Assembly: GCF_006345805.1 (NCBI RefSeq)
Contig: NC_043008.1
Coordinates: 46,624,001-46,688,000 of the forward strand
Origin: Octopus sinensis
Lineage: Eukaryota
Direction: 5' to 3'
Length of the DNA: 64,000 bases
Part shown: one piece after another, positions 1 through 13,206 of the stretch
Layout: every line of letters starts with the position of its first letter
How positions within the stretch are numbered: position 1 is the first letter of the stretch
The notes under the pieces: generated by a model
What the model was told of the DNA's origin: nothing
Database searches by the model: none
Seen by the model: only the letters and a program-made list of their open reading frames with translations
Program-made: the position numbers and the translations under genes

Positions 1-324
1 ATATGTAATGACACATCACTCTGAAGCATTGCAATAGAATTGATAATTTCTCTTCCACGCCAAATTATATTCTAATTATAAGCAGATATATGCCAGGGAA
101 TCACTCTAGAAAAGGTTATTCAATGCTTTAGTGTAATATTCAGAAAGGATATGAAATGTGCAAACATCGACTGATAGATTGGTGTAAGTACGTGTGTGTG
201 TGTGTGTGTGTGTGTGTGAGAGCGCTCATGCGTGGCTGCGTATGTATATACATGGGGGGTAGGTAATGCAGTTCTATATTTCAGAGATGAGGGATTAAGC
301 ACGTTATTTACATTATTTATATTT

Positions 325-495
325 GACGGATATTAGCGGCATTTCGTCCGTTTTTACGTTCTGAGTTCTAATTCTGCCAGGGTCGACTTTGACTTTCACT
401 CTACCGGGACTGATGGAGTAAATACATGTTCAGTATTGCGGGTCTATTCAATCGACTTACTGCCTCCCCGGAAATTGCTGGCTTTCAGCCAAAAT
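325..495 (+). mobile_element. Decayed tRNA-derived SINE (Octopus-type)
   Basis: Shares the core 'atttcgtc..ttacgttctgagttc.aatt..gcc.ggtcgactttg' with copies at 611-1007 and several minus-strand copies. Confidence 0.7.
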
Positions 496-610
496 CACAT
501 CATTGTAATTTGAACATAATTACAACCATAATTACATCTTGAAGCCTTATACAAACCCTTGTCTCCTGAACGTTTAACAAAATAAACAAAGGACGGCATC
601 AAGCGTTGAA

Positions 611-1006
611 GGCCGTGAGCTGGCAGAAACGTTAGCAAGCCGGGCGAAATGCTTAGCGGTATTTCGTCTGCCGTTACGTTCTGAGTTCAAATTCCGCCGA
701 CATCGACTTTGCCATTCATTCTTTCAGGGTCTATTAAATAAGCACTAGTTACGCACTCGGGTCGATATAATCGACTTAATCCGTTTGTCTGTCTTTGTTT
801 CTCCTCTCTGTGTGTAACCCCTTGTGGGCAGTAAAGAAATAGGTATTTCGTCTGTCATTCCGTTCTGAGTTCAAATTCCGCCGAGGTCGACTTTGCTTTC
901 ATCCTTTCAGGGTCGATAAATTAAGTACCAGTTGTGGACTGGGGTTGATCTAATCGTCTGGCTTCCTCCACCAAACTTTTGAGCCTTGTGTGTAGAGTAG
1001 ACAAGA

Positions 1007-1007
<1 letters not shown>
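611..1007 (+). mobile_element. Composite/dimeric tRNA-derived SINE (Octopus OK/OR-type; family name from memory)
   Basis: A-box-like TGGCAGAAACG and B-box-like GAGTTCAAATTC. The core 'ttctgagttcaaattccgccga..tcgactttgc' occurs twice within the element and recurs elsewhere in the window. Followed by a (TATG)(TATC)(TA) tract. Confidence 0.8.
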
Positions 1008-1037
<30 letters not shown>

Positions 1038-1073
1038 TGTATGTATGTATGTATCTATCTATCTATCTATCTA

Positions 1074-1115
<42 letters not shown>

Positions 1116-1339
1116 TGTGTGAGTGTGTGTGAGTGTATTAAGAAAATGGAGGCGGTCAGAATATTGGGTAATTCTTTATTAGCAATTCCGTTAATTATTT
1201 TGTTTGAATTTTCCTTGTAAAGTTCGGATAAACAAACGAAAGATTTGATAAAGAATTATCCAAAATCCTGACCGCCTCCTTTTTCTTAATATACAATATC
1301 TTTACACCATTTCATACACACACACACACACACACACAC

Positions 1340-1374
<35 letters not shown>

Positions 1375-1729
1375 CTATATATATCCACAATGCAAATTGT
1401 CAGCGACATGAGTAAAATGTTTGGAGAGAAATTAAAGGTCACAGAAATTGGGGACAACGATTTTTTTTCTTTTCTAAGGGAAGAGACACAGGTACGCAGT
1501 AAAAATCCCTCTCAATGTGAAGAATGTCGGTGGGGAATGCGAGAAGGAAGGGAAATCTATAGTGTTGTAGACATCACCTGCTTGAAGAACAATCCGAACC
1601 TGCTAAGCTCCCGATTAAGGCAGACATCAACAACAATAGCATCTTCATGACTGTCACTTCTGCCATAATTGTCACGTGAATAGTAGCAGATTGAAGCAGC
1701 ATACATGTTTGTTTATGTATATATCTTCT

Positions 1730-1915
1730 ACTTGCTTTAGTCAATTGATTGTGGCCATACTGGGGCACCGCCTTTTTAGTCGAGTGTCATTACTTTATTT
1801 AAGAGTCCCTGATAATTATTACATCGGTCAGTTTTGCCGAAAGACTAAGTCACTGAGACGTAAATACAAAACCAGTTCTCAAGCGGTGGGTGGGGTGACA
1901 CACGGACAGAAGGAC
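1730..1915 (-). mobile_element. SINE fragment with 'ggtgccccagtatggccac' tail
   Basis: The reverse complement shares the tail motif 'gtgccccagtatggccaca' with the plus-strand element at 59815-59985. Confidence 0.55.
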
Positions 1916-2079
1916 AGACAGATACACACACCACACACACAAACACGAACACTCACACACATATCCTGTAAGTTTGTTTATATGAGACGTGTTTGAGTGC
2001 ACTCATAAAAATATACTATGCCATTTATTCCGGCGACCATTTATTATTCGCATCTTCCAGAGTAATTTACTGGCATGGT

Positions 2080-2392
2080 TATTAGTTTGGTGTCATGACT
2101 GACCATGAGATTGCACCTAGAAAGTTCTCCTTTGAGGCACAAGTCCACGCAAGATTGTTTATGGAAGGCCAAAAGTTGCGTATTCATAACAGCGGGCGAT
2201 AAAATCGAAGGAAAATCCAAAGGCCGATACAGCTTGGCGCCAGTGGCGTCGCAACTCATTTGTACAGCTGAATGAACAAGAGCAACGTGAAATAAAGTGT
2301 CTTGCTCAAGAATACAACACACAGCCCGCTCCAGGAGTCGAACTCACAACCTCATAATTATGAGACCTACGCTCTAACCACAGCGACATGCA
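2080..2392 (-). mobile_element. tRNA-headed SINE, second family
   Basis: Minus strand begins with a tRNA-like head (gtggttagagcgtaggtctcataattatgaggttgtgagttcgactcc, B-box GTTCGACTC), followed by 'ttgagcaagacacttt', a motif typical of deep-conserved SINE bodies. Confidence 0.65.
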
Positions 2393-2539
2393 GTTTTACA
2401 CACACACACACACGTATCCATGTTTCTGTAAACATATATGTCTGTATTTATTTATTTATACATATTTGTGGTGTATGTGTGTCCTTATACGTATGTATAA
2501 CTCCACCCCTCCTACGATCACCGATACTTACATCTGTTT

Positions 2540-2930
2540 TCCATCAACAGTTACCTTCCCGTCATAAATAGTGCAAGGAGAAACTCTTCCTGCATGGTAC
2601 ATCCTATTATCCTGTACAGCCAATTGACATTTCCTTTCCCAGTCGACATCCGTCCCTCATTTTTATTACTTTCCTTCCTCCATATTTTCCCTCGACCTCA
2701 TCCAACCGTCTTCACCGTTAATCCTGTTTATCTTTCCAATCACTCCCACCAGATTTATCGCTCCATCTCACACTCTCCTTGCAAAATTTACCGATAATTT
2801 CTGCATCTTCTTCTTCTCTACGCTCTCATCTATCCCCTGCCTTCAATCTGTCATCTTATGGCTACCTTTTATTACCCCACATTCCACCACATCTGACAAC
2901 CCCATCCATATACACTCTGAGACTGGTGCG
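2540..2930 (+). mobile_element. Possible decayed Penelope-like element 3' end with C/T-rich tail
   Basis: Translation near 2575-2630 (KEKLFLHGTSYYPVQPIDISF) loosely resembles the 'E..LIF.LGTL.P.G.N' end of Penelope GIY-YIG ORFs and is followed by a pyrimidine-rich tract. Weak, by-eye similarity. Confidence 0.25.
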
Positions 2931-2976
2931 TATATTCTTTTATAAGCCTCAATATAATATAATCAAACGCATCATT

Positions 2977-3155
2977 GTATAATCTTTTCTCCTCTAGGCA
3001 CAAGGCCCGAAAGTTGTTTTGGTGGGGGCAGTCGTTTAGACCGACCCCAGTACGCAACTGTTACTTAATTTATCGACCCAGAAATGATGAAAGGCAAAGG
3101 CGGCCTCGTCGGAATTTCAACTCAGCACGAAAGCATTTCGCCTGGCCTGCTAACT
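2977..3155 (-). mobile_element. tRNA-derived SINE (same family as 611-1007)
   Basis: Reverse complement of the core: 'cttaatttatcgaccc..gatgaaaggcaaag..cctcg.cggaattt.aactcag'. Confidence 0.75.
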
Positions 3156-4206
3156 TTTCTGCCTTTTATATATATCTATACACACATGCACTCACACGCA
3201 CGCACACACACGCGCACTCACACACACACACGCACATGCACACACACACACATACACACATAAATATGTGTGTGCGTGTGTTTTTAAGTTTATATGTATA
3301 GACGCATAAATGTATATATGTGCACGCGCATCTATTTTGTGCATGTATGACGACGAGAAATTCTCTGCCCGGCACAGCGTCGGCTTCTGGCGATTTCACT
3401 GAATGACGACTTCATATTTTCTACGTTCGTTGCGTCTCTTCGAACATATTTTTCGGATTTATTTTTGTGTTTACGTCTTTTGGGATTCTTTTACATAATA
3501 AACGACTGTGATATGCAGTTTGACAGCCTTGAGAGAGAAAAGGGCACTTTGGAAACAAGAGTTAAATTAATCAAAATAATAGCGCAATTATTATCTTAAT
3601 ATGTAAATGAACGCCCAATATATGATATTTTTGCAATAAATTTCCGATCTGATGCAATTTTAATTGACATTTTTCTTCAATAATCTTAATAGTGATTTGC
3701 TAATAACTATAATACAATTTATATGACTGAAAAAAGAAAAGAGTGAAATAATGGCAATGATGTAGGATATGTATTTTAAAATTAATTATTTTAAAACGTT
3801 AATCACTTGGAAAACCAATATAAGATGACCCTGGGTCATTTGGAATGAATGGAATGTGATGTGTTAGAAACTGGCGTGTGTTCTGTTATGAGAAGTTAAT
3901 TTTGTGTTGGGAACTTCGGGGTTAATTTAAATTTCGGGAAGTTCGGAGTTTCTAAGAGGAACTGAGAAGTAATAATAATACGACGTCTGTTAGCGAAGAC
4001 AACGGCCATTCCAAAAAGAAAACAAAAAGCTAACGACTGAGTCGCTAAGATCAAGTGCAATCGTTGCAGAGGGCGACGGTGGCTGGTTTGACTACCACAG
4101 CAATATGCAGAAGTATCAAAATAATAAATGCACGTCTTTGTTTGTGTATGTGCATTTGTAAATGTGAATGTATGTGTTTGTGCGTGTGTGTGCTTGTGTG
4201 TGTGTG

Positions 4207-4265
<59 letters not shown>

Positions 4266-5420
4266 TGCGTGTGTGTGTCTGCATGCGTGAATTTTTTTAT
4301 GCGTGTGCATGTGTGTGCGTGTATGGTTCCCTATTTGCCTGAGTGTATTTCTGTAGGTTTACTGTTTGCAGAACAGACTCGAAGTGATATTTTCCAAAGA
4401 CTGAACGGTGAGGTCGCTAAATAGGTAAATTTGGTTCTATATGGGGAGAGAAATAGAAACGCCATCTCAGTATCAGAAACTGAGGGCCACAAATATGAAA
4501 CATGGGATCAATAGGTACAATGATTTGCGTGATGTAACGATCTTTAAAACACACATTACAAAGCTTTAATGAAACCTCCCACCTCTACAGCAATCGCTTA
4601 AAATCCAATGCATGAAAGTACGATTAAAAGTCCAACAAAGCACAAAGCCAAAACTAACAACAGAAACAAAAACATTTCGTACGAGGCCACACCTAACTGC
4701 CGAGTAACCACGCCTTGCGCCAAATGCTTTTGTTACTCGAAAAATGTTCTCCTAATTCTAAAAGCATTTATACACAAACATGCGCGTATTGTATGTGTGT
4801 TTATGTTTGTATGAATGTAATCATTGATCATAACGTCTCTACGATGCCTTCATAAACTCCGTCTTACAATGCAAACACACAAACACACACACTCACACAC
4901 AAACACACATATATACATACTCACGTACAAGCATTATATATATAATTTCACACAAACACCAGAAACACACAGAAACCAGCAATAGAATCACGACGGCACC
5001 AATCACCCTATTCATTGCTATAAATCCCCATGATATTTAGTAAGTTTAATTGATTGCCAACAAAATATACTTAATCCGTCGCGTAAATTTCTTTCACACT
5101 AGATTCCATCACCAAGAATATTGCTTAGATCCTAATGATAAACAAATTACTGTTCTTCTTTATCCTATATTCTAGAATTATCCAGAACATATATTCACAC
5201 ATACACATAAATTTGGATAGAAACTCATTGACACCACAGACAATGTTTTCTAAACTAAATGTAAAAGTTAACTAAAACATCAACATAAAATTCTCGTCGC
5301 TGATTTTGTCACAGTGAAGCATTTATTGATTTGACTGTTGAACGGGATAAGAATCTCTACGTTAGCATCTCCGCCACAACACTCGCGATATACAGAATTG
5401 TTGGTAATCAACTATTATAA

Positions 5421-5491
<71 letters not shown>

Positions 5492-5514
5492 TATGTATGT
5501 ATATATGTATATAT

Positions 5515-5548
<34 letters not shown>

Positions 5549-5815
5549 ATGTGTATATATATATATGTATATGTATATATGTAATATATATATGTATATG
5601 TATATATGTATATATATATGTATATATATATATGTATATATGTATACATATATGTATATATGTAATATATATGTATGTATATATGTATATATATATGTAT
5701 ATGTATATATATATATATGTATATATAATATATATATATATAATATATGTATATATAATGTATGTATATATGTATATAAATATATGTATATATATATATA
5801 TATATGTATATATAT
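5421..5815. repeat. Long cryptic (TA)n/(TATG)n tract
   Basis: About 400 bp of nearly pure TA with interspersed TG; explains the I/Y-rich ORFs. Confidence 0.95.
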
Positions 5816-5862
5816 CAGGCGGTGCTATTAAGTTAGATATGGCCTGGACCAATCATTGTATA
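5816..5862 (+). mobile_element. Extreme 3' tail of a CR1-type LINE
   Basis: 'cagg.ggtgctattaagttaga.atggcctgg.ccaat' matches the end of the CR1 fragment at 15067-15102. Confidence 0.6.
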
Positions 5863-6168
5863 TATTGGACCAATATATGTATATATTTATATGTATGCGT
5901 TGACGAGAGGCAGTTACCTTGAAACTATAGTCCGTATGTAGTACTCGGGTCTTCGAGGGAGGATGACCTCCCTTTGCAAATAACACAAGGGCACTGAGAT
6001 AGTGTCTAAAGTCCTTCTGGTGACGTTGAACGCCTGGGGCTAAAAGCATCAGTAACCCCCACCCCACCCCCACCCCCAGTGGCTAGCCACATTCAGATGG
6101 CTAATACACCTTACGTTGTCGAGCGGTTACTGTTTATATCTCGTTCAGAGATTTATTATTGTTTCATA

Positions 6169-6247
<79 letters not shown>

Positions 6248-7073
6248 TATATATATTATATGTATATAATTAGAAAAACACGTGTAGTAAAACAAACGAA
6301 CATATACTAAATACAGAGGTGGATTGAAAACATAGGTCACCAATTCTTCAATTATTTTCGACCAGAGGAGTGAATCGCAATTTTAGCCATTCTCGATAAT
6401 ATTGCTTCCACTCTGGGGGCACTGACAAGAGACTTGCCGGTAATCGGGGCTAAACATTACAAAACGAAACGGGCTCCAGACAATGAACTGAATAAAGGCT
6501 TAGGGGAACTGAAAACTGTCCATAAGGACTATACATGATAGGACAGAGTGTGGAGCTCAGAAAATCGTGTCCAGTACGGTCTAAGGCAACGCGAAAAAGA
6601 ATGACACAACCATACGTCCTCACGTGTCACTGGTAGTAGGAGAAGGGTACCAACGAAAGACACAGATAGAGAGACAGAGAGAAAATGAAAAGCATTTCCG
6701 AATTTTATTTTTCACATCTAAATGAATGAACATTTTCTACTAAATAAATGACAAATCATAAAATCATTCACGGTTCAATTATTACATTTGTTGCATTACG
6801 CATCGTATTAACCAGCAGTTGAGAATATTCATGAACATCTATGTCGCATATCTCACCTCACATCCATCTGCAGTTCAAATCAGATAAGCACCAAAATAGA
6901 GAACCGAAACTAAAGGAAGAGATAAGTACCGAATATCCACGAAATACTCTAAAATATCTCTTACCTGATAAGACAAGAAACGGGGAATATCGATGCATCC
7001 CATGGCTTTCCAAACAGAGATCTCATTGATATCTCTAGCTGGGGCTAGGAATTCCCCCAGGGATATATTCAAC

Positions 7074-7129
<56 letters not shown>

Positions 7130-7160
7130 CAGCAGCAGCAGCAACAGCGGCAGTAGTAGT
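7074..7160. repeat. (TAG)n/(CAG)n trinucleotide microsatellite
   Basis: Direct reading of the sequence. Confidence 0.95.
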
Positions 7161-7879
7161 GTGTCAGCATAAAAATATGCATAATGACATCAGGATACTC
7201 TGTTGATGGTAGAGGAACGGATCCCATTCTTCAGAGTCAATCAGAAAGGAGCGCGAACTAGGTATACACTCATTTGTGCTGTTTAATGTATTCACTGCAG
7301 AAGTATTTCATCGTTTGATTACGACTAGAATTGGTTTGTGAATATTAGAAATATAGCATAAATATGAAGATGTGTATTTAACTGATGCGAATACAACTTT
7401 CGGATATAATCAAATCGTCATTAACATACGGATCTCCTGACACACAAATGGTGGTATACGCCACGTTATTGCTCAGATATTTTCCTAGACCTCATAAATA
7501 CTGCGTTTTCCATGAAGCATTAGAAAGCAACAAATCTGGTATCTATCCACTTAAACTATGTATTTCTCCGTGACTATATACCCTCTCCGGTATATAAATC
7601 GAAATACATGATGTCAACAATTCCAGATGAAAGACTATTACTAAACACTTTGAAGGCTCAGCTTCTTAGAAATCCTCACAGTCTCTCAAACATTTCTATC
7701 AATTGTAGGACTGCAAAATGCGAAAGCTACATGGCATATATGTTATAACACAATCGGAGTGCCTGCAGACCTGTTCTTTGTGGCCATTGAGGAAATATAA
7801 CAAGAGTATTATCTCCATCCATGTCCGTAGGTTCTGCAGTCGAGGACAAAACCGAACACAAATATACAATGAAATGATA

Positions 7880-8028
7880 TATGGAATTTTCATAGAAACC
7901 CGCGCAATACGACCTCGAAATGATAAAAGGCAAAGTCGACCTCGGCAAAATTTGAAATCAGAACATAAAAACAGACGAAACAGCACTAAGTGTTTCGCCC
8001 GGTGTGCTAACGTTTCTGCCAGCTTACC
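7880..8028 (-). mobile_element. tRNA-derived SINE (same family as 611-1007)
   Basis: 'gataaaaggcaaagtcgacctcggcaaaatttgaaatcagaac...gtttcgcccggtgtgctaacgtttctgccagct' is the reverse complement of the SINE head and core. Confidence 0.8.
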
Positions 8029-8074
8029 GTTTTAAAATAATCCCAATATATATATATAATGTTTGTATACACAC

Positions 8075-8133
<59 letters not shown>

Positions 8134-8160
8134 ACACACACACCACATACATACACACAC

Positions 8161-8220
<60 letters not shown>

Positions 8221-10231
8221 CTTAAAACCAATGGCTTAGCATATTTAAAAATCCGAATATTAAATATTTATATACGTAGATATTAACAAGGGAAACCAAT
8301 TAGTACGTAGGTAATCCTTTCTATTTCGTATGTTTTCATTTGTCTTGCTCGTTTTTACATTTTCGCGTTTTGCTGAGATTTTCTTCTTGAGAACACATTC
8401 TTCGTTGTAATGGCGAATTGACGTCTATGTTTAGCATATAGGATGTCCACTTTAGTGGTCATTCCTCTTAATTTTGTATGTAACACAATTTTCATTTCTT
8501 CCTTTCAGTTTACGTTTCAAGCAGCATATTTTAATGGCTAGGATGATCTACGCGCCTTTCTACTGCAAAGGGTATGGCAGCTGCACATTGAACTGGGCAT
8601 AATTATCTGTGCAGCTTCATTCACGGACTCTCAATAGGCTCGGCTCGAAGTAAACCGAACAGTACATAGAACATAACAGCCCTAAAATAAAATACGTTAA
8701 AGATCTATACTTGAAAGTAAGGTTATAAAGTACCTATTTACTACAGTGCACAAAAAAGACTGCCAAAACAGTAAGATGGACTGCAACTTAATTAGAGAGA
8801 ATCCTGACTTCGATCAGCATCGGGTGTGAAATTGATTTCAACCACACAAGCTTACAAACAGATCAGATTTGAGATTCAAAATAACATCACCTCAATTATC
8901 CATGAACACAAACCAACAAACAAGCAAACTGAATAAGTTAAACTAATTCCGGCTGAATGACCCTTAATGAAGCCGCACAGGGAAATATGCCCGGTTACAT
9001 GAGCAATTGCTTATATTCTGTGAAGTGGAAACAGGTTTAGATCGTCCCAACCATGAAAATATGCTGTTTTTTTATGTAAAATGGAAGGAAAGAAATTTTG
9101 AGGATATACCAGTCGCCATATTCTCTTTCATCATAATTATTGCATATGTAAACAGTATATATGGGGAGCGAAAGGGGAAGGATAGAGAGGAAAGAGGGAG
9201 AGAGAGATGTATTTTGGATCAATTTTTTTCAGTAGGATCTTATAAAATATAACTTTCAAAATAATTAAATTTAGAATTGTTTTAGTTTTAACTAAAACGC
9301 CATTATCACCGACAAATTGATGGAAATGAAACCAAAGAAAAGTATTTTAATTGAAGCGTTTGAAATCAGCTTTTGGCTCTGTTCACGCTTCGGATAATTA
9401 TCGTTCCCATGTTTCGTATGTTAGAAATCTATTGCCATTCAATCAAATTTATTTGTACGATTTTCCAGAGGTCTTTCTCAAATTGAATTCCTGCAAGTTC
9501 GTTACAATGAATATTTAAGTAGCTTTTATTAAAATCCCCAAGCTTAAACTAAAGCCACTTGAGTGATGGTAAAAGAAATGGAAAACTGTGAAAAATAAGT
9601 CACAATAAAGACGTATATATTCGATTGTATTTTACATATTGCCTGGAGATGTTTTTTTACAGTGCAATTCAATACACGTTTTGTCAACGAAGATTTAATT
9701 TCCGCCACCTCATTCACAATACGATTTATTCCTGTTTTTATTAATGGCTTTATTACACTTGTTTACATATAAGCGTTTATATAGACGACGTCGCCCATGG
9801 ATTTCAACAGAACAAATTTAACGATTTAAAAAAGAAGCAAAACGATTTACTAGATACAGCGGATTTCTCAAATAATAATAAAACATGTTCTTATTTACTT
9901 ATTCTTTAATCTCTTTATAATCTCTAATTCCAAAGACCTGTAAGACACGCAATCATCGGGAAACGTGATAAAACACTTTCTGAAAGATATACATGTTCGA
10001 GCGTATTAGAAAAAAAGAGGCGGAGAAACATGGGCAGCGAAAAATAGCGAAACGAACAGACTCCACTGTTTATCACTCTTATCTTGGAATAAGCATGTAG
10101 CACACATGTGCAGATGTGAAAATGTCTATGGCTGAGCTGAAAACTTTGTTGCGTAATTTAGACAACGAATCTACGATGGTTTCCCCTGGACTTGGTTTCA
10201 GGTTGCAAGAATCAAACTTCGACTTTCACAA

Positions 10232-10395
10232 TATACACACACACACACACATATACATAGGCATTCACACACAGACACAAACAGAAGCTACATATGCACA
10301 CACACACGCGCACACACACATATACACAGGCATTCACACAGAGACACAAACAGAAGATACACATGCACACACATACGCGCACACACACACAAACA
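10232..10395. repeat. CA-derived minisatellite, about 2.5 copies of a ~64-bp unit
   Basis: 'catatac..aggcattcacac..agacacaaacagaag.tac' is repeated in tandem within CA tracts. Confidence 0.75.
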
Positions 10396-10773
10396 AAGGT
10401 GTTTTTATTGCTTTTTGAAGCCAAAACAATGCATATTATCAGAAATAATACAAATAAACTATTTGTACTTTCGTCTCGTGTTCCAACATTTTGGAGTTAT
10501 TCTCTCCTTCATGAAACCTTCGGATTTATTTTATGACCCGCCTTGTCTGTTCGGTAGTGTAAGTATATGAACAGCATTGCTAATGTGGCCAATGTGCAGC
10601 GTGAATCTTGGTTCTCTTATCAATAAATGGTCGCTTTTGCAAATGAAGACGGCTTCTTCTATTGGCAGGACCCCAATGTTTCCTTCTCCGTCTTCACTGA
10701 AAAACTGGAAATCTTGGATGGGACATTTCCAAAAGTGGTTTATGACGGAGGAAACATTACCTCGCAGCCAGGC

Positions 10774-10858
10774 TCGAGCATAGATCTTCGTCGGAAAGGC
10801 AAAAGTGAAATGTCCAAAGACGGAAAAGAAATAGCCACCAGCACTCGTGTAGTTACAT
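10774..10858 (-). mobile_element. Old, decayed copy of the Penelope-like terminal-repeat family found at 11901-12111
   Basis: 'tcgagcatagatcttcgtcggaaa' matches 'ttgagcggagctcttcgtcggaaa' at 12018-12041. The HHR GAAAC box is destroyed. Confidence 0.45.
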
Positions 10859-10944
10859 CCCGCTTTAGAAAAAATATCAGCTTATTTTGATCGTGTAATA
10901 CACATTTCGGCGTTTATAGAAACCAATGTTAGTTTGTATATATG

Positions 10945-10999
<55 letters not shown>

Positions 11000-11001
11000 A
11001 T

Positions 11002-11070
<69 letters not shown>

Positions 11071-11143
11071 AGTATATATAAGTATAGATATATATATATA
11101 TGTATATATATCTATATATGTATATATATATATATATATATAT

Positions 11144-11843
11144 GCCCAAATGGGCATGGAACAACAATAAGCTGACCAAGACCACAAAAATGAAGATCTA
11201 CCAGGCATGTGTACTTAGCACTCTACTGTATGCAAGTGAGACTTAGACGCCCGCCAAGAGCGTCACCTAAACATGTTTCACCTGCGTTGCCTCCGGAAAA
11301 TCCTTCACATCAAATGGCAGAATCATTTTCCCAACAAAGACGTCCTCAAGCAAGCAGGAATACCAAGCATGTTTGGACTCCACATACGAAGACGTATGAG
11401 ATGGCTTGAACATGTTAGCCGTATGAAAGATGGCAGAATCACCAAGGACATACTAAACGGAGAGCTTGCTAGGGGCACTAGGTCTGTGGGAAGGCCGTTC
11501 TTACGTTACAAGGATGTTTGCAAAAGGGGCACGAAGGCCTGCAGCATCAATATTAGCAACTGGGAAGCAGCTGCCAGCAACCGTGGAGATTGGCAACGTA
11601 CCGTAAAAGAGGGAATACAAAAGAGAGACAGAGAGGGAGAGGTGAAATGGAAAGACAAGAAAAGACGTCAACAAGAAACTATGACATTACAACCAGCCAC
11701 GAACAGTCTTCGCTACATTTGCAGCACCTGTCGGAGGGAGTGTTTGTCCAGGATAGGACTACACAGCCACAGCAGGAGATATAATAGGACTATTTTATGT
11801 GCAACTCCATTGTCTCCTGAAACAAAAATGATGCCAACAACAG
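11144..11843 (+). mobile_element. RTE-clade LINE 3' fragment (RT C-terminus plus terminal C2H2-like finger), copy 1
   Basis: Translation [25 protein letters not shown] ... FHLRCLRKILHIKWQ ... RRRMRWLEHVSRMKDGRITKDILNGEL ... RSVGRPFLRYKD ... CSTCRRECLSRIGLHSH is the standard RTE/BovB-type ORF end. Contains an in-frame stop and a frameshift. Confidence 0.9.
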
Positions 11844-11849
11844 TATATG

Positions 11850-11900
<51 letters not shown>

Positions 11901-11901
<1 letters not shown>

Positions 11902-12111
11902 AGGTTAATCCAAACAAGAAAACACAAAAAAAACAAAAAAACATAACGCGAAGACGTGGAACAAATAAAGTATTATTGGACGCTCAGGAAAGAAGAGAAG
12001 AAGGAGGGTTTAACGTTTTGAGCGGAGCTCTTCGTCGGAAACATAGGAGAAGGAAAGATCCCGAGAAAGGAAGACAGAGGAAAAAAATCGCCAGCGATAC
12101 TCACGAGGTCG
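11901..12111 (-). mobile_element. (TA)n-inserted Penelope-like pseudo-LTR fragment, family A, copy 1
   Basis: 210-bp purine-rich unit flanked by TA tracts, repeated at 12997-13206, and carrying a minimal HHR motif on the minus strand. Confidence 0.6.
12008..12042 (-). ncRNA. Ultra-minimal type I hammerhead variant (G12 mutated, probably inactive)
   Basis: Minus strand: GTTT-CCGACGA-A-GAGC[TCC]GCTC-AAA-AC/GT-T-AAAC. Stem I 4 bp, stem II 4 bp, loop-less palindromic ACGT stem III. Core has U4C, and GAAA is changed to AAAA. Confidence 0.55.
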
Positions 12112-12242
12112 TATATATGCATATATATATGTATATATATACGTATATGTATATGTATATATATATATGTATATATATATGTGTATGTATATATATATAT
12201 GTATATTATATATATATGTATATTATATATATATATATATAT

Positions 12243-12942
12243 GCCCAAACGGGCATGGAACAACAATAAGCTGACCAAGACCACAAAAATGAAGATCTAC
12301 CAGGCATGTGTACTTAGCACTCTACTGTATGCAAGTGAGACTTAGACGCCCGCCAAGAGCGTCACCTAAACATGTTTCACCTGCGTTGCCTCCGGAAAAT
12401 CCTTCACATCAAATGGCAGAATCATTTTCCCAACAAAGACGTCCTCAAGCAAGCAGGAATACCAAGCATGTTTGGACTCCACATACGAAGACGTATGAGA
12501 TGGCTTGAACATGTTAGCCGTATGAAAGATGGCAGAATCACCAAGGACATACTAAACGGAGAGCTTGCTAGGGGCACTAGGTCTGTGGGAAGGCCGTTCT
12601 TACGTTACAAGGATGTTTGCAAAAGGGGCACGAAGGCCTGCAGCATCAATATTAGCAACTGGGAAGCAGCTGCCAGCAACCGTGGAGATTGGCAACGTAC
12701 CGTAAAAGAGGGAATACAAAAGAGAGACAGAGAGGGAGAGGTGAAATGGAAAGACAAGAAAAGACGTCAACAAGAAACTATGACATTACAACCAGCCACG
12801 AACAGTCTTCGCTACATTTGCAGCACCTGTCGGAGGGAGTGTTTGTCCAGGATAGGACTACACAGCCACAGCAGGAGATATAATAGGACTATTTTATGTG
12901 CAACTCCATTGTCTCCTGAAACAAAAATGATGCCAACAACAG
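12243..12942 (+). mobile_element. RTE-clade LINE 3' fragment, copy 2 (tandem duplicate)
   Basis: Essentially identical to 11144-11843 at an offset of 1099 bp; the ORF track translations are identical. Confidence 0.9.
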
Positions 12943-12948
12943 TATATG

Positions 12949-12996
<48 letters not shown>

Positions 12997-12997
<1 letters not shown>

Positions 12998-13206
12998 AGG
13001 TTAATCCAAACAAGAAAACACAAAAAAAACAAAAAAACATAACGCGAAGACGTGGAACAAATAAAGTATTATTGGACGCTCAGGAAAGAAGAGAAGAAGG
13101 AGGGTTAACGTTTTGAGCGGAGCTCTTCGTCGGAAACATAGGAGAAGGAAAGATCCCGAGAAAGGAAGACAGAGGAAAAAAATCGCCAGCGATACTCACG
13201 AGGTCG
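12997..13206 (-). mobile_element. Penelope-like pseudo-LTR fragment, family A, copy 2 (HHR variant at 13104-13137)
   Basis: Near-identical to 11901-12111; one T is missing in the stem I 3' strand. Confidence 0.6.

Noticed and set aside
8509-8571. Short plus-strand exon candidate; also a 23-nt candidate at 51881-51903
   Set aside because: Only splice-like dinucleotides support them; no recognisable peptide or consistent gene model.
10560-10780. ORF-like patch (MVAFANEDGFFYWQDPNVSF...)
   Set aside because: In-frame stop upstream, no recognisable family in any frame, and it runs into a repeat. Left unassigned.
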